A DNA stretch of 64,000 bases from Macrostomum lignano (GCA_002269645.1 NIVC01000261.1:1-64000); one strand, 5' to 3'. Shown: positions 1 through 12,346, counted from the first letter of the stretch. Notes: generated by a model not told the origin, from the letters alone. Numbers and translations are program-made.

Positions 1-503
1 ACACGTCATACGATAGAAATTTTCTTCTAGCAGCTTTTTTGTCAATGGTTTTGCAAAGCAAATGAGGAATCATCACAAAAAGAAAGTTTATGTAACTCTG
101 AGATTTCGCAAAAATGAAATTTCTACTGGTGGAAACAAGTGGAAACAATGGAAACCCGATGTATGTTTGCAGGATTGACATGCGCCACTGGTCACGCCTC
201 TCTAAGCAAGCAGAAAATGATGCGCTCCAATCCTCCAACTCCAATAGTGTGACAGTTGTGACAATGCTGCACAGGCACATAGCAGCATCCGTGACCAAAA
301 TACATTTCGAAGCTTAGAGAGGAATGCCTGAACAACGCTGCAAACAAGTTTCGCTCAACCTGAACGTTGCAGCAAGCTTTAAATTCTCGCTACTACCATC
401 GGCCGAAAAGTCGCCCTCATTTAATCTGTAAAATTCGACATGCAGTTTATCCCGATTAACTAATGCACTAGATCTAGTTAAAGAAAAATAATCTTACACA
501 TAC

Positions 504-1368
504 ATGAATCGTTACGGTATGCTTGTTCGGGCCCTGCTGCCTGCTCAGCCTGCTGTCCGTCGTGTCGGCGTCTGCGTCCGCTTCCGCATCGTCTGCGGTT
601 GCGCCGGAAACGTGACCGACCTGTTTCAGGTTAACGGAGTTCGAGACCCTCGCGTCTGCTCTGTGGAGTGCGCAGTGCGACCCAACTGCACGCCGCGTGT
701 TCAAGCGAGACGGCACTTGCTATCTGGCCACTGCCGCTCAGTATGAGGCGCTGTGGAGACCCCTGACTGCATCAGCGAGGTCAGTCGGTATCTCTTGCCT
801 TGTGATTCAATTGTTTTTGGATAATTTTTGCAGCAAAAAAGCAAAAGTGCGTGCTGGGGTAATGCAAAATATTCTCCCTGCAAATAAAACAATCTCTATA
901 AAACAAGTTGAGATGTCGGAAATGTTTCAGCCAATTTCACTCATTTTTAGGTCGTTGAGGATCGGCTTCTATCCAACATTACTGAGGAAAAAAGTTTCGA
1001 GACTGACACTGCTCCAGCTTCAACCACTGCTCCAGCCTCAACCACTGCTCCAGCCTTAACCACTGCTCCAGCCTCATCCACTGCTCCAGCCTCAACCACT
1101 GCTCCAGCCTTAACCACTGCTCCAACCTCAACCACTGCTCCAGCCTCAACCACTGCTCCAGCCTCATCCACTGCTCGCCTCAACAACAGCCTCATCTGCT
1201 CCAGCCTCAGCCACTGCTCCAGCCTCATCCACTGCTCCAGCCTCAACCACTGTTCCAGCCTCAACTACTGCTCTAACAACAGCTGACACTGCTCTAACAA
1301 CAGCTGACACTGCTCCAACAACAGCTGACACTGCTCCAACAACAGCTGACACTTCTCGAACGCTTTGA
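504..1368 (+). pseudogene. Family A copy A1 (secreted PAN-like + Thr/Ala/Pro-rich mucin tail), multiply frameshifted
   Basis: Exon 1 is 504-779 (GT at 780) and exon 2 is 951-1368 (AG at 949-950). It is clearly homologous to intact copies A3/A5 (CSVECAVRPNC...CYLAT) but has several 1-nt indels in exon 1 and a 2-nt deletion at ~1176 in the 18-bp TTAPAS repeat. The C-terminal Cys domain is absent. Errors in the assembly consensus cannot be excluded. Confidence 0.75.
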
Positions 1369-1696
1369 GAATAAAGTCTCAGTAGAATTTGATGCATGGA
1401 AATGACTGAAGTCTCGGTAACCTTATATTTATTATACCTTTTAAACGCTTTTTAACAGAATATGCATGCGCAGTTTTACATGCACAGGCCTACGCGGAAG
1501 ATTAGCAATGTCTATTGACCATAATCAAAGGGACCTGCGTAAAGCTGAGTTTGTAACAATAAAATTGAAATTGATTTTTAAGGAATTTGTTAACAAAACA
1601 GGTTATGATCCAAACCGTATCAAAATACCGATAGTGTCGCTGGATGTTTCTGGGACTTCTAGTCATTGCTTTTTCCCCCAAGATTTCAGGCAATCA

Positions 1697-1770
1697 GCAT
1701 GGGGGTAGAGCAGTTAAACCTGACACTTAAACCGCGACCCCTGGTTCGATTCCGTGAGCGGCGGTCACTC
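1697..1770 (+). mobile_element. Possible degenerate tRNA-derived SINE head
   Basis: A box-B-like GGTTCGATTCC lies at ~1743-1753 with a weak box-A-like TGGGGGTAGAGCAG upstream. No cloverleaf was established. Confidence 0.3.
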
Positions 1771-2422
1771 TCATTTGGGACTTGTGTGCACGAAATTTGG
1801 CCGGAAGATTGTCATGCTATCCACACCTACGACGGACAAGCCGCCATGGCACAGAAAGTGTACATGTCTGACGATTAGAAAGTCAGGACCGCTGTACACC
1901 CTGTGTGAGCGTGTGCAAGAGTGAGTGCCTTTGAACAGTATTGGCGCTCTTGTTTGTTCTCAGGAGTCAGCGGAATGGGTAAATTTGCCGTCAGAGCTGG
2001 TTGTGGGACGATGCCACCGAGGACGTTGCTCCAGAATGCCAGCAGCCACTTGCAAGTACTATCATTGCTATTTCCACCAAGGCGCACGTTCAGCAAAAGT
2101 GAAAAAAACTCGGTCAGTTTCCAAGTCTTTATTTTAATTGGGTTTTAAGCAAACAAAGTTGCAGAAATCGGTTTCAAAGACTGGAATCACAAGAAATCAA
2201 AGCGTCATGGTTTGTGAATTGACTGGCTTTGAATTGACTCGCTCGATGATGGCCCTCGATGCATTTCTGGTGTACCTAAAGCTCATGATTCAGAAGAAAA
2301 AGCCTCCAGAAAATCTTCGCTATGTTGTTTCTGTTGCCTGACAACAAGAACTTTCACTGTGCTTCTTTCTCAAGATTCCTCTTTGTGTGAGCTCGGTCGA
2401 ACAACTTGAGTAGAAAGATGCA

Positions 2423-2793
2423 ACACTCGACTTTCTTAGACACAAGCTGGGGGCCGATTAGTATCGTGTATTTTAAGCAGACCATTTCAACGTACGCGTA
2501 CTAAGTGAAACGAAACAAACTGCTTGATATTTGAGATACGTGGGAAATAAGAACTAATAATGCTGATAACTTGATTTGACCAAGTGGACTTCATTATACA
2601 CGTGAAATTTTTATTTGGTATGCTTAGAATGAGAATTCGTCCCAAAAGATTAATACTTGTCGAAACATGTCACTGAAGCATAACTAATAATTAGCGATCT
2701 CAAATATTAGAAAACCGATTTAGACGGACGATTTACTAGCTCATTATAACTTTCCTTAACGGTCTACAGCTCATTTCTAAGAAAGTCGAGTGT
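2423..2793. mobile_element. MITE-like segment bounded by ~27-bp imperfect inverted repeats
   Basis: ACACTCGACTTTCTTAGAcacAAGCTG at 2423 pairs with CAGCTcatTTCTAAGAAAGTCGAGTGT ending at 2793. No TSD was recognised. Confidence 0.5.
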
Positions 2794-3124
2794 CCTTCGA
2801 CTCAGGAGCTTTGCATTGGATTTTATGATGAGCAGGACAAAGCCAAGAATTCTACGTGGGTAATTTTCAAGATTTTTTTGGGAATCGGTGTGTTAGCCCA
2901 CATTTATACTCCTCAGGCAGGCACTCATTCGGGGGGGGCAGATCTTGGCGCCCAGCAACCAAGTTATTGATTCTCATAACGGGTCACAAGGTGAGGTGGT
3001 CACAAGCCGTTGTCCACTAGTTGCTGAGGGTACGTCTTCATTGTCCTTGATGATAAAAGCCTACAGCATGTGAGTGAACAAATAATAAATTCATGCAGCC
3101 ACCCTCTTCAAAATCACGCTACAA

Positions 3125-4059
3125 GTCACAGGGCAGGTTCCAGCCGACCAGCTTGTACCCGTGGGACATCGCATTTGCACATGTGCTCCCTTATGGCACT
3201 CCAGATTTGATTCGTCACTGCTTCAATCCCCACGACGCCAGTGGTGCACAAACAGAGCAAAGAAGCTGACTAGTGGCGGCGTACTCGGCTACACTCGCTT
3301 TTGTCGTAGCAGTAGTCAGCTGCTGTGACAGTAGTCAGTTGTTGTGGCAGTGTTAGGTGTTGTGGCAGTGTCAAGCGTTGTGGCAGTGTCAGTTGTTGTG
3401 GCAGTGGCAGGTGTTGTGGCAGTGGCAGGTGTTGTGGCAATGTCAGGTGTTGTGGCAGTGTCAGTTGCTGTGGCAGTGTCAGTTGCTGTGGCAGTGACAG
3501 TTGCTGTGACAGTAGTCAGTTGCTGTGACAGTAGTCAGTTGCTGTTACATTGTCAGTTGCTGTGGCAGTGTCAGTTGCTGTGACAGTAGTCAGTTGTTGT
3601 GGCAGTGTCAGCTGTTGCAATGCCAGTTTCAGAGGCAGGAGCGGTGGCAATGGATCAGCCACAGGGGTCATGCTCGAATTCTTAGCGGAGGTCGGCCGTT
3701 CATCCACTACCTAAACAGACAATCGGACGAACTGGTATTAGTTGCGTTTCTTTATGAAAAAAGTTTACCATTAAGCAGAAAAAATTGAGCACCGACCTTC
3801 CTCGCTGACGCAGTCCAGGGGTCTCCACAGCGCCTCATACTGAGCGGCAGTGGCCAGATAGCAAGTGCCGTCTCGCTTGAAGCCGGCGGTGCATTTAGGT
3901 CGCACTGCGCACTCCACTGAACAGGCGCGTGAATCTCGAACTCCGAGACATGTCGGTCACGTTTCCGGCGCAACCGGAGACAACGCGGAAGCGGACGCAG
4001 ACGCCGGACACGACGGACAGCAGGCTGAGCAGGCAGCAGATTCGCAACGATGGCTTCAT
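3125..4059 (-). pseudogene. Family A copy A2 (inverted), pseudogene
   Basis: ATG at 4059 gives MKPSLRICCLLSLLSVVSGVCVRF. An 8-nt deletion after NVTDMS shifts the frame to a stop. Exon 2 starts at 3710 (VVDERP), its Thr-rich repeat is frameshifted, and the Cys domain carries a TGC->TGA stop (D*SSD...ECHKGAHVQMRCPTGTSWSAGTC). Confidence 0.8.
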
Positions 4060-4939
4060 AGCCAAGAGTTTGAGTCCACTTTTTTCCCACTTGCTTGAAA
4101 CTTGGTTTCAAATTCTTCGATTGCAAGAAACGTGGTAAGAACTGATTTGAAAATGTGCAGTCGTAGGAGATTACAAGATTAGCATTCCAGTTTTTATGCT
4201 ATCAGTGAATTCAAATGTGTAACTTTGTTTTACTAATCCTATTTTTGTGTCGTACGGAGGCATTTTGTTTTTCTCTACACATACTACTCGTCAGTAGGCA
4301 AGCTGTAGTTATCGTGAATGAAAATTAAAACAAAATTATACATGAAATATTTTGTAGTGACAGGCCGTCTGAGCAAACTAAAGGAGCTCCCCAACGGCGA
4401 GCGCGGGTTCGCTTCAATCCGCTGGCCGGACTGAGCTTCGATCCTGAGCGGAGGTCGCGTCAAGAAGCGTCGACAGTCCGTCCCTAAACTTCCCAAGTAC
4501 TGCTCCCAAGCCCAGTATAGTTCCGAAAGTAGTAACTCAAACACGCGAACTTCTGGCGATGATCAATTCAGTGTATGCACGACTCAGCAGAGAGCAGGTG
4601 GCGTGATTAGCTAGTGGATAGTTTCGGTAGAAGGTATTCTATTGATGGCCTAGTTTAAGTTGCAGGACCTGCTCCCCGCCAGCGATTCTCATTGTATTTA
4701 GGCTGCCTGGCGTAAGCCCTAGGGTCCCACGCCAGACAGCATTAGCGCAAACAATCCACCCCAAGCCAATCGCGACACGCCAGAGGGTCAAAAATACAAT
4801 ATGTAACAACCTCAGCCAATCAAAAGAAAGCGGGGGGGGGTTTCAACGACAACGCGGGGCAGGGGGTTGATGTACACATTATCAATTCATTACTATTATC
4901 ATCATTATCAATATAACACGAGTAATAATTAATAATAAT

Positions 4940-5240
4940 TTATTACACCTGCCCCGATTGGGCCAGATGTGCAACCGACAGCTCAGCCGCAGCTATTGCG
5001 CGGCGCATCTGAAGGCTGCGTACGGCTGTTCAGTCCAAGGACTGGGGGGTCGCCCCACACAGCCTCAATTACGAGCGTACCCCAGCTAATGCTGGCACAC
5101 ATTTTACAGCTGGGTGTACTGAAGCAATACAGAGTTAAGTGTCTTTCTCAAGGACACAAATTGTTCTAGTGAAATCGGGAATCGAACCCGCGACCTTAAA
5201 GTCGTGATTCCGACGCTTTAACCGCTAAGCTACAACCCCC
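4940..5240 (-). mobile_element. tRNA-derived CORE-type SINE, apparently full length
   Basis: On the minus strand the head GGTTGTAGCTTAGCGG...GGTTCGATTCC has Pol III boxes A/B. It is followed by TGTGTCCTTGAGAAAGACACTTAACTCTGTATTGCTTCAGTACACCCAGCTGTAAAATG, which aligns by eye with the MIR/CORE consensus, and by an AT-rich tail. A second partial copy lies at 35149. Confidence 0.8.
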
Positions 5241-5370
5241 TAGGCTAAGCTACAGCACAGTATCGAACATTATTCTAGAGAGGTTAACAATATACCAGCA
5301 TTAGGCTGAAAAGGTGGGAAATGAGATTGCAAAAACAAATTCACTGAATCATAATGCCTGATTTGCTCTA

Positions 5371-5444
5371 AAGCCAGACGGCACCTGCTATCTGGCCACT
5401 GCCGCTCAGTATTTGGCGCTGTGGAGACCCCTGGACTGCGTCAG
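5371..5444 (+). pseudogene. Family A exon-1 3' fragment
   Basis: AAGCCAGACGGCACCTGCTATCTGGCCACTGCCGCTCAG...CTGGACTGCGTCAG matches KRDGTCYLATAAQ..LWRPLDC. It has no upstream part. Confidence 0.8.
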
Positions 5445-6269
5445 TATGTTCTCCGCGATGCTTTAAAAGGAAAAATCTTTGATATTAGGTTCATCGATTT
5501 GATGTTTGATTTAATATTGGTAGGTTATCTGCTTATATTTACGGTGTCACATTTCTAGGTACAAGTAATGCAGAGGAGGCGTGTATTCCGTACCTACAAA
5601 AAAGTAGGTACATTTAAATAAACTTCATAAAAGTAGGCACTATCTATGTATGTGCTTTTTTGAAATCCATTTTTTATTCTTTAATCATCGAACGGACTAG
5701 TAGAAAAAGTAGCAAAATAGCCAACTTAAGAAGCTCATAAATACGCTCGTAACTCATTTCAAGTTCGACATATTCAATTCAAGTGGCGACCAGCCAAATC
5801 AGGGTTACCCAAAGACCAAGTCAAGTGCATCATATAGTCAGTTTAAGTAGCAGACTCTGGGTTTCCGGGTATTTTCCTCTGTCTATTTATTCTGGCAGAT
5901 AAGCTGAATTTTCTGCATTATGGTTTGACTGCTATCAGGAAGATATAATCAGTAAAATCACACTGCTGTCATAAGCCTGCGAATCTTCCAGAGCTCTCTC
6001 AAATTTCGACAAGCCATTTTACTTCCTAGAAAAAGCATATCTAGTATTAATTTTTCTATTCTCCACCTGCAGCCCTACGTTTGTCAATTTCCACACTCTA
6101 AATTTACTTTGTGGAACCTGATCGGTGCACTGCAGTTGGCACCCACGCAGTTTTATCCAGTTTTGCTGCCTGAAAACCTAGGTTTGGTTTCATTATTTGA
6201 CATAAATTCAGATCTGGTTCTAAAACTGAAAATATCAAATCTACATGCAGCTGCAACTTTAATTGTGGG

Positions 6270-6317
6270 TCTATCTATCTATCTATTTATCTCTATCTAT
6301 CTATCTATCTATTTATC

Positions 6318-6376
<59 letters not shown>

Positions 6377-6386
6377 CTATCTATCC

Positions 6387-6420
<34 letters not shown>

Positions 6421-6428
6421 GTATCTAA
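6270..6428. repeat. (TATC)n microsatellite, ~160 bp
   Basis: Direct reading. The paralogous tract at 19996-21262 is about 8x longer. Confidence 0.95.
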
Positions 6429-6965
6429 GTATGCTTAGGTCCATATTAAATCTTTACTGAAAATGTTCGAATTTAAATTAATGCGAAAAAAATTTACGTT
6501 TTTGACTAAAAAAATTAGACGAATTGAAAATTTGTAGATTTTTCTTTTTTTCTTTTTTAAACCCCTTAAAGCCGATTTTTAATATCTTAATATCAATTGA
6601 TATTATAAAACCAGGTAATTATGCAGCCAGGACGTTCCGTCTCAAGGCAGAATGTCCGAACAAATTTTCTGTTGCTACCGAAGTTGAATTTTATCATCTG
6701 AAGCGAAAATCTTAAATAATTCTGTTTGGATTCCCAAAAATTATAGTTATGGCTCTAGGGAAGAGCTTTAGTTAGGGTTAGGGAGATGCCAGGGCTCGTG
6801 GGGCAGTTGCTGAGATGCTAATGCCAATAAATAAATCGATTCGATGAGAGCTAGCCTAGATGTGGCAAGGCTGAACTGCTAATGCAGTGACATAGGTTCA
6901 AATTTTGAGTGCAATGTTTCTATTTAAAGCTTTTATAATGTGACGAAAACTCCAGGAAAGAAAAA

Positions 6966-7700
6966 GCATAAAAGAAGCGCCACGTCGAACATAAAAGAAG
7001 TGCCACGTCGAACATAAAAGAAGCGCCACGTCGAACATAAAAGAAGTGTCACGTCGAACATAAAAGAAGCGCCACGTCGAACATAAAAGAAGTGCCACGT
7101 CGAACATAAAAGAAGTGTCACGTCGAACATAAAAGAAGCGTCACGTCGAACATAAAAGACGCGTCACGTCGAACATAAAAGACGCGTCACGTCGAACATA
7201 AAAGAAGCGCCACGTCGAACATAAAAGACGCGTCACGTCGAACATAAAAGACGCGTCACGTCGAACATAAAAGACGCGTCACGTCGAACATAAAAGAAGC
7301 GCCACGTCGAACATAAAAGAAGCGTCACGTCGAACATAAAAGAAGCGTCACGTCGAACATAAAAGAAGCGTCACGTCGAACATAAAAGAAGCGCCACGTC
7401 GAACATAAAAGAAGCGTCACGTCGAACATAAAAGAAGCGTCACGTCGAACATAAAAGAAGCGCCACGTCGAACATAAAAGACGCGTCACGTCGAACATAA
7501 AAGAAGCGTCACGTCGAACATAAAAGAAGCGCCACGTCGAACATAAAAGACGCGTCACGTCGAACATAAAAGAAGTGTCACGTCGAACATAAAAGAAGCG
7601 TCACGTCGAACATAAAAGAAGCGCCACGTCGAACATAAAAGACGCGTCACGTCGAACATAAAAGAAGCGTCACGTCAAATCTAAAAGAAGCGTCACCTCA
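6966..7700. repeat. 23-bp minisatellite (CACGTCGAACATAAAAGAAGCGT), ~32 copies
   Basis: A period of 23 was read directly. It explains the repetitive minus-strand ORFs at 6898-7567. Confidence 0.95.
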
Positions 7701-8277
7701 AACATCAAAGAAACGCCATACCAATGCTCACTCGGGAGATGCTGAGATGCTAGTGAGTGACTTAACGATGCGAAGCTTTTAGCAGGTAAAACTTGTTCAC
7801 CCAACACATTTCTTCCTTCTTTGCAGTTAAATCCCAGAACGGAGACCAAGAAAGCTATGATAGTATACTAAATGGATGTGTGAACAATGTTTGAAGTTTT
7901 AAAGCATTTTTGTCAAAGATGAAGTAAAAATCTTTTAAATATAAACTCTGAGTAAATAGAGGCAGCAATGTCTTTGATCTCAGGAGAAAGCTCCGAAACA
8001 AAGGAACTCAAGCAAAGAAGCCCGCCCCCAGACTTATCGACTACAATGAAGCGCATGAGAGCCAAGAAGACTTGCTCTCTACGATTGGCTGCGATCCCGC
8101 CTTTCACAGACTTTCTCCCCCTGTCCCAATGGAATTGCCATCCGACAGCAGCTCATAAAAAACCCGGTTGCAACCCGGTTGCCAAATCACTGCAGAAGAA
8201 TTTATAAAGTGTATCATCCTACAATTAGAAACACAAGAAATTGAAAGTTAAAATAATCTTACTAGCTCTGCAGTGCC

Positions 8278-9777
8278 ATGGCTGAGCAATGCTTGTCATT
8301 AAAACTTGCTTTTCTATTCGGTAAGTGACTAAAATGCAGCTCCCACATTACTCGTATTTAAGACTGCCTAAATTGAAGCTTTTTACTGCACTCTGTTCTA
8401 TACTGACTTCATTGCCCAAACGCAGTTTGCTGCTCTCTCGTGCTTCGAGTACAAGGCGACAGTTCGCGGACCTATTCTGTGTGCTCAGAGCAGCAGCTTC
8501 ACATGCTGGAAGCCGTTCTGAACGCCTACAACAACTTCACGACAACAACCAAGGCCACTACTGCAATTGACTGTCTAGCAAAGTGCCAGAGGGTGAGCTG
8601 CAGCGCTGCCGTCTCGGTGGAGAGCAATGCCACGTGCGAGATGGTCGCCATAACAACCGCCAAGCTGTCAATCTCAGCAAATCAGGTGCAGCAAGTCATC
8701 GGATCTCAGGTCGGTGCGAAGGTGTGGAAGGCGGACGACAGCGACTGGCCTCCGCCTGCAATGCAGCCTCGGAGTGAGTCATCAATGCATTGTCTCAGTG
8801 TTGAGTGGTAACCATTATTTGGCACAGACAGAAATTGCATTCACTGCAGTTTTGTAACACGCTGACGCTGCTCCATTGCAGACAGCAGCACAGGCAGAAA
8901 CGGCTCAATCCAAAGCGTCCTCATCAACACGACCGGCTGCTACCTGATCAAAGCTGCCGGCGCCAGAGGTGGCGGAAACTTACTGACGAACACATCCGGA
9001 GGCCAGGGAGCCCAGGTGAGCGCCAGAGTCAACCTGACGGCCGGCACCCAGCTGAGCATCGTTGTGGGCCAGATGGGCGGCTCGACGTCGTTGGATATCG
9101 AAGGAGGCGGCGGAGGCGGCGGCAGCTTCGTGTACCGGACGGTCGACCGGCTGCTGCTGCTGGCTGCTGGCGGAGGCGGCGGAGCTTCCAGCATTAAAAA
9201 TGGTGAGCTCAGTAGCTGCAGTTACTAGAAATTGTAAACTATGATAAGCAAAAACCACTCGAATAAGCAGTTTGGCTGATTTCACTGCAGGACAACAGGG
9301 AGAGACTGGAATAAACGGTTCCAACAGCCTGGGTAGCCACGCCCACAACGGATTCGGCGGAACCAACGGTCAGCCGGGCTCCAACAGCCCGCTGACACCC
9401 CAAGCAATAGCAACCATGGCGGCTGCGGCGCCGGCTGGCTCGGCAGGGCCGTCAGCCCAAGGCGGAGCTCCTCGGACGGAGAGAGAGGCGGCAGTCTGGC
9501 CGACGGCTGGGTCGGCGGCAGCGCCGGAAACGGCAGCGTCTGCGACGGAGGCTTCGGGGGAGGCGGCGGAGGCGGCAGCAGGACCAGCTCAGTGAGAGGC
9601 GCCGCTGGAGCCGGCGGTGGCTTCAGCGGCGGCGGAGCCGGACTGGGCTACGGCCACTGCGGCGGCGGCGGTGGCTCCTTCTGCAGGGGCGGCTGCGTGT
9701 TCGGCGGCACCTGGACCGGCGACCAGGGCTTCGTGTCCGTGCTTCTGGAGTCGGCCGCCTGCGACTCGGGCACCTGA
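8278..9777 (+). CDS. Family B copy B1: secreted PAN-like + ALK/LTK-like glycine-rich domain protein, with a 1-nt frameshift in exon 4
   Basis: Exons are 8278-8320, 8426-8773, 8882-9202 and 9291-9777, all GT-AG and phase 1. Exons 1-3 have the same lengths as in intact B3. One C is missing in the C-run at ~9388-9390 relative to B2/B3, so this is either a pseudogene or a homopolymer error. Confidence 0.75.
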
Positions 9778-11686
9778 TGCCGCTGCAACCGCTTGTTGAA
9801 GTGGGGTTTGGCCAGTAATATTTTAACTCTGACGGTCACTGTTTAGGATATTCACAACCCTTAATCTGATTAGAGCGCTCTTCTATATGTAATCAATTTA
9901 TACATTATGCTGTTAAACCAATGAATCAGTTTCAATACTACTCACCAACTTCTCATCACTAGTAGATTATGCGCATTTTAAAGTGCATAGCTTGAAACCC
10001 AAGCGATTTCAAGGCGAATCGTTGCGACTTTCACTCAAGATTTGTTAGATTTCTGATCAGCTTCGCTTTCATGCTTAAAAACCATTTTGCTGTTTTCTTC
10101 CTGAAATCACGTCAAACTGAACTGTTATTTAACTGATTATTGAATCTTTAACTGCTACTGATTTTGCACTCAGACAACTCAAAAGGTTTTCAATTCCGGC
10201 TAATTACGAACTAATAAATACTGAAAGCACTCGGATGTCCCATGCAAGCCGCTCGTCTTTTTTTCCTACCAGAGGATATCTGGAGGTTTTTTTGGACGAG
10301 CGGAATAAATCTGTGTGCTCAGCTGTCTTTCAGTGCCTGCTTCTGGCTTCTAAACAAAAAGCTTTATGAATATCAACCTTCTCTAACTATAAAAATAAAA
10401 ACTGTGTGTGTGTGCAATTGAAGAGTTTAAGAGTGGTGATCAGTCACTCAAAAACCCCCACTTCTAGACACTGGGTACCCTAGGTACCCTAGTGCCTAGG
10501 TATAGGTAATGTCAAATAGCTCTTACTGCAGCGGAATCTTTAGTGGCTTGTAGACGTCTTGGTTTAGTTTAGGTGACTCGTTACCCCCGGGAGTCCTCAA
10601 CTTTTATCTGGGGGTTGACCAAAAACGAGAGCGAATCAGAACTTCTTGACGGTCCTCGAGCTCGGAATTAACAATAGAATGTGCGCCTTAATTAACAATC
10701 GAACTCTCTAAGTTTCTGTGACAGGTCCTCCTGAAGGGCGTCTTCTTCGTTGCGTCCGAAACGTAATGGATAACTCAATTAAATCAATAAATCCTGTAGG
10801 AATGTATCCTAGGAAACAAGGAGGCCTTTCTCAAATGTGTCGACAATAAACGGCTCTCCAGAACGGTGCTGTGCACTTTTAAACTTTGTCTGCTTTTTGT
10901 CAGCGAGACAGCCACCCCAATCTCCGCCTCTCTCTCCCCTTATCTGGCATGGCCAGGTGTGGAATATTGGGCTTTCAAAATTGACTAAAAATTCGGCTTC
11001 CATAAGTTTGCTCTACGTTAAGTGATTGACTTCAAACTTGACAAAATTCTTAATTGACTCATTCTGTGTCTAAATATAAAGTCTCGACTCTGTAACTTAA
11101 TCAAAACAGAAACAGTAAAATGTGAAGTTTTTCTGCTTTTTCTGGTGTTAGGCCGCTCACCCATACATTCCCGCTCCCGCTCACCAAGGGTCAGGCGATA
11201 GGGCTGAATGTACATAGCAATGAACAGTGTTTTGGATGACTTTATTTATAGCCTTCTCTGCACCTTCGTGGAGAGGCTACGTTTAGCCATGACAGTTTAG
11301 TGACAAATTCTAACCCAGGCAGCAAACTCTGCAGCAGTTCATCAGTGGATGGCAACTCAAGGCAATGCAGCATCATGGTTATTGTAAAACTAAAATCGAA
11401 ACATTTATGAAAAAGCGATTACAATACAAACCGACTAAGTTAGGTACATCATCGAAATTTTAACACCAAGTTTCACCTAAAGGTACTTTAAAATTAAATA
11501 GTCTATAAAGAAATGTGCATTTCCTTGATTGTCAGACTGCTGCAGACTGCAGTGGAGCTGGTAGTACACAAATTCCTATCGGGCTGCAAATTGGCCAGAA
11601 AGATGACGTGTCCAAAGCAGTCAGCAAGCGGCTAACGGAATGAAACAACCATGAGAGTACTACGTCCCAAAAACTGGCTATCGGAG

Positions 11687-12346
11687 CAGGGGTCGGCAGA
11701 ATTTTACCTCAAAGGCCAGATGAAGAGTCCAGCTCATGGCTGTGGGCCAGATGAGAGTGGAAAGGAGAAATAATATAAGATTAGTAAAGAAAGGTGTTGG
11801 GCCTGGTGCGTGGGGGTTGGGCGTGGGCTTTTATTCCGTGTATCGTTTGTGATTTTAACCCTGTGCGTGCGCCCTTTGTTTGTGCTCACGTTCTTTGCAC
11901 GTCTCTGCTCTATCGTGACTTTAATCTACACTGTAGGTAATTTAGCCCTTGGGTTGGGGGGCTGCTAATGGGTGAGAGAGAGAAGAGAGGAGAGAGAGGG
12001 GAGACAGAAGAGAAGAGAGAGAATGGAAAAGAGATGAGAGATTTGAGAGAAGAGAGAAGAGGGAAGAGAGTAGAGAGAGTATAGGAGAAATGAGAAATGA
12101 GAGGAGAGAGGAGAGGGAAGAGAGGAGAGAGGAGTGGGAAGAGGGAAGTGAGAGAAGATAGAGTAGACAGCAGAGACAAGAGGGAAGAGAGGAGAGAGGT
12201 GAGATGAGATGAGAAATGAGAAGAGATAAGAGAGCAGAGATATAAGAGGAGAAAGGAGAGATGAGATGACAAGATAGAGAAGTTTCAAAGGACTCAAGGG
12301 ACGTAGAGAGAGGCAGGGGCCAGAGACCGGAGTTTACCAATGCCTG
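11687..12346 (+). mobile_element. Non-autonomous hAT (Charlie/MER58-like) element with internal polypurine tract
   Basis: The left end CAGGGGTCGGCAGAATTTT..AAAGGCCAGA and right end GACCGGAGTTTACCAATGCCTG resemble Charlie-type termini. The GA-rich interior spans ~11970-12300. Related ends occur at 44780/47191 and ~49495. No clean 8-bp TSD was found. Confidence 0.55.

Larger units (their letters stand above)
5317..10347 (+). repeat. Segmental duplication, copy 1 (paralogue of ~19081-24745)
   Basis: Colinear homology covers the family-A fragment, TATC tract, upstream region, family-B gene and 3' flank. It is near-identical from ~7700 (vs ~22000) onward. Confidence 0.9.

Noticed and set aside
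4284-4870. GC-rich segment with CCAAT boxes, possible LTR or retroelement fragment
   Set aside because: There is no second LTR, PBS/PPT or recognisable gag/pol motif in the window.
5165-5240. tRNA gene
   Set aside because: The A/B boxes are followed by a CORE domain and tail, and the acceptor stem is not convincing. It is a SINE head.
6772-6783. Telomeric TTAGGG repeat
   Set aside because: Only two units, which is compatible with chance.
7913-8207. Overlapping ORFs conserved at 22219-22501
   Set aside because: The conservation is explained by the recent segmental duplication. I recognised no domain or splice structure.
8882-9777. Bacterial or phage contaminant origin of the glycine-rich ORFs
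   Set aside because: The domain is split by canonical GT-AG introns conserved between paralogues and embedded in host repeats. Ancient horizontal transfer cannot be judged without a phylogeny.
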